From Caldisericota bacterium (GTDB taxonomy: Bacteria > Caldisericota > JANLFM01): a stretch of 64,000 bases of DNA. This document shows positions 54,338-60,960 of the stretch, piece after piece. Position 1 is the stretch's first letter. Each line of letters begins with the position of its first letter. A program made the translations under genes and the position numbers. The notes beneath the pieces were generated by a model. It saw only the letters and a program-made list of their open reading frames with translations. It was not told the DNA's origin and searched no databases. The DNA lies in NCBI GenBank assembly GCA_024655965.1, contig JANLFL010000001.1:22049-86048 (forward strand), read 5' to 3'.

Positions 54338-55033
54338 TTAAAATTTTACTAGGGTTCCATCTAGCACAAGAAGCGGGCCAGCGGGAGTTATCAATTTTAG
54401 AAAGCCCTCATCGTTGATCCCATCAGCGATCCCTTTAAGAATTTTTTCCCCGAAGGAAACCTCAACCTCCCTCCCCAAAAATGCCAGGCTCCGTTCGTAT
54501 TCCTGGCGAAAAAAGGTGAAGCCCTCTTTTTCAAAAACAGGGAGGGAGAAAGAAAGCTCGGCAAGGATCCCCCTAAGAATTTCTTCCAGATCGAGCGTTT
54601 TCCCGGTCAATTCCTTTAAAGAGACCGCTTTTTCCTTCAATTCCGGGGAAAGGCCATTGTTGACGTTCACCCCCACCCCCCAGAAAACCCTTTCCCGGAC
54701 CTCGGTCAAAATCCCGCAGACCTTCCTTCTAAAATGGACAACGTCGTTGGGCCACTTGATTTTCAGATCCCCAAAGATCTCCCTTAAGGCTTTAAAAACC
54801 ACCAGGGCCAGGAAAGCGGATAGCCCTGAAAGCCTCCTTGCGGGAAAGACAGCGGTGAACCAGAGACCCCCTTCGGGGCTTTCCCAGAAGGCTCCCTTCC
54901 TTCCGTAACCGTTGGTCTGCCTTGAAGCGCGAACAACGAAGGGGCCTTTGACCTCAAGGGAAATTTCCCGGGCTTTGGCCATGGTCGAGCCCAGTTCAGG
55001 AAAAAAGAATTGTTGAAAACCCTCAGTCTCCAT
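54338..55033 (-). CDS. birA: biotin--protein ligase (group I, no HTH domain)
   Basis: Motifs QTNGYGRKGAFWESPEGGLWF and KWPNDV. Confidence 0.8.
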   Translation of the reverse strand: METEGFQQFFFPELGSTMAKAREISLEVKGPFVVRASRQTNGYGRKGAFWESPEGGLWFTAVFPARRLSGLSAFLALVVFKALREIFGDLKIKWPNDVVHFRRKVCGILTEVRERVFWGVGVNVNNGLSPELKEKAVSLKELTGKTLDLEEILRGILAELSFSLPVFEKEGFTFFRQEYERSLAFLGREVEVSFGEKILKGIADGINDEGFLKLITPAGPLLVLDGTLVKF

Positions 55034-55138
55034 TTCAGGAAAAGGTTTAACATATAAATTTCTTCGGGGGAAGGGGAGACTCTTTTTTGGGACTTTTAGA
55101 GGGATTTTTTAAGATTTTTCCCAAAATATTTCTTTATG

Positions 55139-55147
55139 TGGTATAAT
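55139..55147 (+). promoter_or_regulatory. extended -10 promoter (TGGTATAAT) of the HD-GYP gene
   Basis: TGGTATAATAC lies 25 nt upstream of GTG 55173. RBS AAGGAG at 55158-55163. Confidence 0.5.
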
Positions 55148-55172
55148 ACCCAATTACAAGGAGCGGAGTGGA

Positions 55173-56285
55173 GTGAAAATGGGTTCGTTTAAAGCAAAAG
55201 AAAAAGGCTATTCCACCGGAGGGAAGTCCCTCGGTTCCCCAATTTCTTCCTTGAATAATTCTCTTGCTGGTTTCTGTGCCTCAAATCCCAAGTTCCATAC
55301 TGACAATTTGGGGGATTGGCTGGCGAAAAACGGCCATAACTTCAAAAAGGAAAGGGACCTTTTGGAGTTCGCTCTGGAGTACGGTAAGGACCTTCTCCGG
55401 GCAGATAAAGGGACCATCTTTTATCCCGGTGGAAAAAGAGGAATTGAAATTCCTAAAGATCCCCCCTTTTCCTCCCTTGCCGGAGAATCATGGCCAAATT
55501 CAGAAATTGGGAGCCTTAAAGAACCCAGAATAATTACAGCAAATTCCGAAACAATCCTTGTTCCCGTTCTTTTCCACAAAAACAAACACGCGGTGTTTGC
55601 CTTTTCCTCCAGGGCCCCAGGATGGGCAAAGGAAAACTTCTTCTCCGCCATAAATTTTTCAAATTCCGTATCCTGGGCTTTAAAAAATTGGAGACTGGAA
55701 TGGGAAAAGGAAAAGACCCTTTATGAAGCAGTTAGGACATTGTGGCAGACGGTTTACGCCAAGGACCCGAATTCCGCGAAACACCTTGCCCTTTCCCGCA
55801 GGATCGGGGAAGCGCTGGGGAACAAATTGGAGATTACACCTCCAGAGAAAAACCTTCTTCAGTACTCCCTCATGCTCCACGATATAGGGAAAATTGGGGT
55901 CCCCGGAAGCATCCTCAACAAGCCCGGCCCCCTTTCGGAGGAAGAATGGAAGATCGTTCGCCTTCACCCCCAAATCGGGGCGAAAATTCTCAAGCCCTTC
56001 ACTTCCTTGAAAAAGATTGTCCCTGCGGTCCTCCATCATCACGAGAGGTGGGACGGATTGGGTTACCCCGATGGCTTGAAAAAGACCGAGATCCCTTTCC
56101 TTGCCCGGATCGTTTCCCTGGTGGATGCTATCCAGGCGATGCGGTCGGATCGCCCCTACCGGAAAACCCTTTCCCTGAATGAGACCTTAAAGGAAGTGGA
56201 AAAGGGTGCAGGGAGCCAATTCGACCCGGAAATTGCCGGGGTTTTTCTGAAAATGGCAACAAGTGGCGCTCTGAGAGGGATTTAA
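55173..56285 (+). CDS. HD-GYP domain protein (putative c-di-GMP phosphodiesterase) with an uncharacterised N-terminal half
   Basis: Motifs HDIGKIGVP and HHERWDGLGYPDGL. Confidence 0.8.
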   Translation: MKMGSFKAKEKGYSTGGKSLGSPISSLNNSLAGFCASNPKFHTDNLGDWLAKNGHNFKKERDLLEFALEYGKDLLRADKGTIFYPGGKRGIEIPKDPPFSSLAGESWPNSEIGSLKEPRIITANSETILVPVLFHKNKHAVFAFSSRAPGWAKENFFSAINFSNSVSWALKNWRLEWEKEKTLYEAVRTLWQTVYAKDPNSAKHLALSRRIGEALGNKLEITPPEKNLLQYSLMLHDIGKIGVPGSILNKPGPLSEEEWKIVRLHPQIGAKILKPFTSLKKIVPAVLHHHERWDGLGYPDGLKKTEIPFLARIVSLVDAIQAMRSDRPYRKTLSLNETLKEVEKGAGSQFDPEIAGVFLKMATSGALRGI

Positions 56286-56344
56286 AATAAAAAGCCCCAA
56301 AGAGGTGATTTAATGGAAAATTTGATGTTTCCCAAATCAAAAAG

Positions 56345-56353
56345 TGGTATAAT
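56345..56353 (+). promoter_or_regulatory. extended -10 promoter (TGGTATAAT) of the pilin genes
   Basis: Identical TGGTATAATAC core. About 110-nt purine-rich leader before ATG 56473. Confidence 0.5.
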
Positions 56354-56472
56354 ACCTAACACAATTGGGAAAGGGGGAAGTTAAAAGGGAAAAAGAAGGA
56401 AAAAGGATTAACAAAAAGGAAATACAGGGGTAAAATCTTTTAGGTGTTTAGAAACACAAAAGGAGGGAAAAA

Positions 56473-56874
56473 ATGAAAGGACAAAAGGGTTTCACCTTAA
56501 TCGAGTTGATCATCGTCATCGCCATTATTGCCATCCTGGCGGCAGTGGCCATTCCTAACTACCTGGGGTTCAGGGACAGGGCGAATATATCTGCGGCCAA
56601 GGAATCCCTGGGGTCTTTGAGGACTGCGCTGGAGGTTTACAGAGCGGACCATAACAATTACCCTGCTACTAATGATGTCGGCACTTTAGAAAGTACTCTT
56701 ACCGCTTCAAATCCAATTCCGTATTTTTCCCAATCAGATTGGGATAAATTGGAGGCAAACATCTCCAGTTGGGGAACTGTAAACGTTACAGGCACTGACT
56801 ACACAATTGAGGTTAAGGCCAAAGATCGCAATAATACTACAATTACCGCCACCCCAGGTGGCATTACGCCCTAA
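56473..56874 (+). CDS. type IV (major-type) pilin
   Basis: Prepilin signature MKGQKG/FTLIELIIVIAIIAILAAVAIPNY with Glu+5. RBS aaggaggg. Confidence 0.85.
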   Translation: MKGQKGFTLIELIIVIAIIAILAAVAIPNYLGFRDRANISAAKESLGSLRTALEVYRADHNNYPATNDVGTLESTLTASNPIPYFSQSDWDKLEANISSWGTVNVTGTDYTIEVKAKDRNNTTITATPGGITP

Positions 56875-56914
56875 TCCCCTCAAGCATTCGAACAGGGAAA
56901 TATGAATTTTTTTT

Positions 56915-56944
56915 TCAGGAGTCGGGCTCAAGCCCGACTCCTGA
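56915..56944 (+). terminator. strong stem-loop after the first pilin gene (possible partial terminator/attenuator)
   Basis: 13-bp perfect stem tcaggagtcgggc-tcaa-gcccgactcctga. There is no good downstream T-run. Confidence 0.4.
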
Positions 56945-56977
56945 AACTTTCCGGCTCATTTTCACCAAGGAGGTGCC

Positions 56978-57415
56978 GTGAAGAATAAGAGAATTACGAT
57001 TGCCGTAATCCTCGTCCTCGTGGTCCTCGCCCTGGTCGCGGAACTGGTCATCCCACTAATGCGCTCCCAACCTTCCGGAAGCATAAAAGAAAACCCGGCC
57101 GGAGAAGCCAATACCTCCCTATCTGAGGAAATCGGCCAGGCGGAAATTGCCCTAGCAAAAGATTCCCTGGGAATTCTGAAAACTGCACTCGAGGCTTACC
57201 GCGCTATAAACGGCGCTTACCCAACCTCCCTTAATTGGAGCGATGGCACTCCCCTGATCCCCGATTATCTCTCTCCCGATGACTGGAACAGGATAATGGA
57301 AAGCGTCAGGGACCTCCGGGGCACAATTTCAAGCGACGATTACCGAATAACCGCTCGCGCAAAGGACAAAAGCGGGACAGCCATCATCCTCACCCCTCAG
57401 GGTTTTTTACCTTAG
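56978..57415 (+). CDS. pilin-like paralogue lacking the prepilin cleavage/methylation motif
   Basis: GTG start with AAGGAGG 4 nt upstream. The globular part aligns with both neighbouring pilins (AKDSLGILKTALEAYRA...YRITARAKDKSGTAIILTPQG). The N terminus MKNKRITIAVILVLVVLALV has no G/F..E. Confidence 0.65.
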   Translation: MKNKRITIAVILVLVVLALVAELVIPLMRSQPSGSIKENPAGEANTSLSEEIGQAEIALAKDSLGILKTALEAYRAINGAYPTSLNWSDGTPLIPDYLSPDDWNRIMESVRDLRGTISSDDYRITARAKDKSGTAIILTPQGFLP

Positions 57416-57514
57416 AGGGAACTTGGGCATTTTTTACAGGGGATTCCCATTTCTTAAAACAAGGAAAACCCCCAAAATGGCGCCAGCAAAACCAATTGTG
57501 ATAGAATTTCCACC

Positions 57515-57928
57515 ATGAATAGGCAACGGGGATTTACTCTTCTTGAAGTTTTAATCGTGGTCGCAGTCCTCGCCATCCTTGCAGGAATTGCCATTCCCAA
57601 TTACCTTGCAATTCAGCAGAGGGCATGGCTTTCCGCGGCAAAATTCTCCCTGGAGCATTTCCGGAGCTACCTGGAAATTTACCGGGCAGATTTCAAAAGC
57701 TACCCGGCGGAAGTAACGGTTTCCGGTTCAGAGCGGGGATATCCTTTCACCTCCACTTCCTGCCTGTACCTGACCGCGGAAGATTGGGACAAAATAATAG
57801 CCAACCTGGCGGAAAACTCCCTAACCTATCAATGCCTCAATGAGGGATCTTCCTACCTGATCACCGCTCAAGCAAAGGATCGAAACCACACCACTTTGAC
57901 CGCCACCCCCGGCGGGACCGCCCCTTGA
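57515..57928 (+). CDS. type IV pilin (second canonical paralogue, with a Cys pair)
   Basis: Signature MNRQRG/FTLLEVLIVVAVLAILAGIAIPNY. C-terminal AKDRNHTTLTATPGG matches pilin 1. Confidence 0.85.
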   Translation: MNRQRGFTLLEVLIVVAVLAILAGIAIPNYLAIQQRAWLSAAKFSLEHFRSYLEIYRADFKSYPAEVTVSGSERGYPFTSTSCLYLTAEDWDKIIANLAENSLTYQCLNEGSSYLITAQAKDRNHTTLTATPGGTAP

Positions 57929-58451
57929 TTGTCAAAAAACCATTGCAGTTTCCCCCGGAATAAAAGGAAAAATATTAAAATATTTTCCTCTAATATCGGG
58001 AGTTCCCGGAACTGCTTCACCCGATTCTGAAAATTAAAACCTTGAAGCTAAGAACAAGGAAAAGCCCTCAACCCTTGCCAATTTCCCAATCATGAAAACC
58101 CGATTAAAAGCCATTTCCGGGGACCTCCTCCGCTTCTCCTCCGCTGATGTAAATCAAAATCTTGGCAAAATTTTGAAAAAGCCTTTTAAAGTTTGAGAAA
58201 TAACTGGTTTTTATTCGTTTTTCCCCATAAAAACTCCCAAACCTTTCCCCTGGGCGGAATACCGCTTACAATTTTGCCTTCAAAAAAACAAAAAACTCAA
58301 AAAACCCGAATCGGAAACTCAATTTTTAAAATCTCAGAATTTGGCTTTAATCCTGGGAGAATCCTCCTTTCAATTTATCCCAGAGGGGGGAATTTCATGG
58401 AGGATTCCCTATTCCCATTCCTTCCCCTTTCCAAAGGAAGGCCTCAAAAGA

Positions 58452-58480
58452 TTTTCAAAAAATGACCCATTCCCTATAAT
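58452..58480 (+). promoter_or_regulatory. weak candidate promoter for pilD
   Basis: TTTTCA, 17-nt spacer, TATAAT (58475-58480), 36 nt upstream of ATG 58516. Confidence 0.3.
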
Positions 58481-58515
58481 TTTGTTCATGCTGAGTAGGG
58501 AAGGACCGCTTTTCC

Positions 58516-59283
58516 ATGCAGACTGATGCCGTGAAGATCATTTTTTTAGTTTTCGCCTTCCTCTTCGGGCTGGTCATAGGTTCCTTCCTCAATTCAGTCA
58601 TCTACCGACTTCCCAGGAAAATCCCCCTTTCAAAAGGCCGTTCCTTCTGCCCAAAATGCGGACACGGGCTAAAGGCTTTCGACCTCGTTCCCCTCTTTTC
58701 CTTCCTTTTTCTCAAGGGAAAGTGCCGTTACTGTGGCGCCCCGATTTCCTTCCGCTACCCTTTAGTTGAGCTCCTTGCGGGAGCGGGAATTGCCCTCCTT
58801 TTCTGGTTTTACGATTTATCCCTCCCTTTTTTCACCTGGGCCGTTTTGTTTTTGCTTTTACTCCCCCTATTTTTCATTGACCTGGAGCACAAGCTTCTCC
58901 CCGATGTCCTCACCATCCCGGGGATTTTCCTCGGGTTAGGGTTCCAGTTCGCCCGGGGGAACTTCTGGCAGTCACCGCTGGGAGCGGCAATTGGAGGGGT
59001 GCTTTTCCTCCTGATCTACCTTCTCTGGAAGGGTGGGATGGGGGAAGGAGACATTAAACTTGCGGCAATGATCGGGGCTTTTCTCGGATATCCCCTGGTG
59101 CTCGTCTGGTTTTTCATCTCCTTCGTCCTGGGGGCCCTGGGTGGAATCCTGGGAATGCTCCTTTTTAAACTGAAGGGTAAAAGCGCCATCCCCTTCGGGC
59201 CTTACATGGCGGTTTCCGCCCTGATTACCGCATTCTGGGGAATGCCAATTCTGGAGGGATATTTAAGACTCGCTGGTCTATGA
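58516..59283 (+). CDS. pilD: prepilin peptidase (A24 family)
   Basis: N-terminal CPKCGH...CRYCG zinc motif, multiple TM helices, and GMGEGDIKL (catalytic Asp context). Confidence 0.9.
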   Translation: MQTDAVKIIFLVFAFLFGLVIGSFLNSVIYRLPRKIPLSKGRSFCPKCGHGLKAFDLVPLFSFLFLKGKCRYCGAPISFRYPLVELLAGAGIALLFWFYDLSLPFFTWAVLFLLLLPLFFIDLEHKLLPDVLTIPGIFLGLGFQFARGNFWQSPLGAAIGGVLFLLIYLLWKGGMGEGDIKLAAMIGAFLGYPLVLVWFFISFVLGALGGILGMLLFKLKGKSAIPFGPYMAVSALITAFWGMPILEGYLRLAGL

Positions 59284-59732
59284 AGGCCCGGGGATTTGCC
59301 TTAATTGAGCTGGTGATTGTCCTGGCAATTGGCGCCATCCTTTTGGGAATTGGGATTCCCACCTTCGAGGGCCTGATTGACAAAAACAGGCTCACGGTTG
59401 CCTTAAGCCAGGTGGAAGCGGACCTCAGGAAAGCTCAAGCCATGTCCAAGGCAATCGGGGAAAACATCGAGGTCCTCTTTATCCCGGGAAACAGCGAGTA
59501 CTACATTTTCAAGCATCCCCCCACGAGCACCCCCATTCTGTTGGAAAAAATTCAGATTCCCGAAGGGGTCAGGATTTACACCAACACTGCCCCCGCAAAC
59601 AAAATCGTTTACTTCGGGGCCTATGCGGAAAGCGAGGTCACGGGGGGAACCATCACCTTCAAGTCTCCCAGGGGGAAAATGGGAAAGGTGATCGTTGCCT
59701 CGATCACGGGAAGGATCAGGATCGAGAAATGA
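59280..59732 (+). CDS. GspH/FimT-family pseudopilin
   Basis: Signature MKARG/FALIELVIVLAI, followed by the FimT-type L..V..DL..A helix. Confidence 0.7.
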   Translation: MKARGFALIELVIVLAIGAILLGIGIPTFEGLIDKNRLTVALSQVEADLRKAQAMSKAIGENIEVLFIPGNSEYYIFKHPPTSTPILLEKIQIPEGVRIYTNTAPANKIVYFGAYAESEVTGGTITFKSPRGKMGKVIVASITGRIRIEK

Positions 59733-59907
59733 AATTTGTTATTTTGCCTTCCAAAAAAGCTGGAGTATAAAGAGTGGGACATTCTCCTGGCTCCTAAGTG
59801 GGAAAACTGCTTAATAACATTCGGTTGCCTTGGTGCGTCCAGGCGATTTTCCATTTTGCCTGTTTTTTGTTATTTTATCACTTTCGGAAGGCAATGATTT
59901 GGCAAAC

Positions 59908-59943
59908 TCAGGGAGTTTGGGGGCCAGATTTTTCACTCCCTGA
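59908..59943 (+). promoter_or_regulatory. 9-bp inverted repeat hairpin in the spacer between the two pseudopilin genes
   Basis: tcagggagt, 18-nt loop, actccctga. Lies 42 nt upstream of the 59985 promoter. Confidence 0.3.
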
Positions 59944-59984
59944 ATCAAGCTTTTCGATTGCCTGAGGCGGAAACTTGGGAAAAA

Positions 59985-59993
59985 TGGTATAAT
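59985..59993 (+). promoter_or_regulatory. extended -10 promoter (TGGTATAAT) of the minor-pilin operon
   Basis: Third identical TGGTATAATAC core, 50 nt upstream of ATG 60044. Confidence 0.5.
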
Positions 59994-60043
59994 ACTACAA
60001 AATTGAAGGTTGGTTTTAAAATTAAAAAATCAGATCGGGGCGC

Positions 60044-60469
60044 ATGAAACAAAGGGGGATAAATTTAATTGAGGTAATGATCACGATCGCCATCCTGGCA
60101 ATTCTTCTGGCGATTGGCATTCCCCTTTTCAACAACTACATCGACGGTAAGAAACTGGATACCGCCCTCCGCCAGGTGGAGGCGGATTTAAGGAAGGCGC
60201 AGAGCCTGGCAAAAGCCTCCGGGAAGTCTTACACGGTCGATTTCACCCAGAACAGTTCGGCCTACCAGATTCACAATTCCTCCTCGGTGTCGGCATCCCT
60301 GGAAAATGGAGTTATTTCCAAGAACACCGTTTCCGTGACCTTTAATCCGGCTTATTCGACCTCGGAGATCACCTCTTCGAACACGGTTACTATTGTCCTC
60401 AAATCCCCAAAGGGAGCAGAAAGAAGCGTTTTAGTCAATCCGGCAGGAAAGATTACAATAACGCCATGA
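60044..60469 (+). CDS. GspH/FimT-family pseudopilin (second copy)
   Basis: Signature MKQRG/INLIEVMITIAILAILLAIGIPLF. RQVEADLRKAQ is shared with the first copy. Confidence 0.7.
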   Translation: MKQRGINLIEVMITIAILAILLAIGIPLFNNYIDGKKLDTALRQVEADLRKAQSLAKASGKSYTVDFTQNSSAYQIHNSSSVSASLENGVISKNTVSVTFNPAYSTSEITSSNTVTIVLKSPKGAERSVLVNPAGKITITP

Positions 60470-60960
60470 TGGAGAATAGGGGAAAACAAAAGGGAATTTC
60501 CCTGATCGAGATGATCGTAGCCATCGCCATCATGGCGATAATGTTGGGAATGGCAAGTCTGGTTCTCACCCAAGGGATCCGAATGTGGCAGAGGGAAGCA
60601 AGTTCTGTTTCTTTGGAAGACCAATTGCGGTCCGTAGCTGACCGAATCCTGAGGGATATTCGGCTCTGCTACACAGCTACGGCATTAAACAACACCACTT
60701 TAACTGCCACAGCCCGTACAAGCACGGGATTCATCACTTACACTTACGGTTACAACAGCGGGACAAAGGAAATCTGGAGAAAAATAAACAATGGTTCACA
60801 AGACCCCATCGCCAGCGATATCGCCCAGCCTCCTAATTTCAAAGTAATCAGTTTAACGGAGACTTCCACTCCTCCCCTGCTTGTAGAGATTGCCATTTCC
60901 TCCTCCCGGAATGGAGTGACAAAAACGGTTACCCTTAATGCTTATTTGAGGAACAAATGA
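60466..60960 (+). CDS. minor pilin (prepilin-type N-terminal domain, PilW/GspJ-like)
   Basis: Signature KQKG/ISLIEMIVAIAIMAIMLG. ATGA overlaps on both sides. Confidence 0.65.
   Translation: MMENRGKQKGISLIEMIVAIAIMAIMLGMASLVLTQGIRMWQREASSVSLEDQLRSVADRILRDIRLCYTATALNNTTLTATARTSTGFITYTYGYNSGTKEIWRKINNGSQDPIASDIAQPPNFKVISLTETSTPPLLVEIAISSSRNGVTKTVTLNAYLRNK

Noticed and set aside
58193-58465. 90-aa ORF in the pilus-locus gap
   Set aside because: It has no RBS and a low-complexity Lys/Phe/Pro-rich translation, with no pilus-protein resemblance. It is kept only as part of the unexplained-gap finding.
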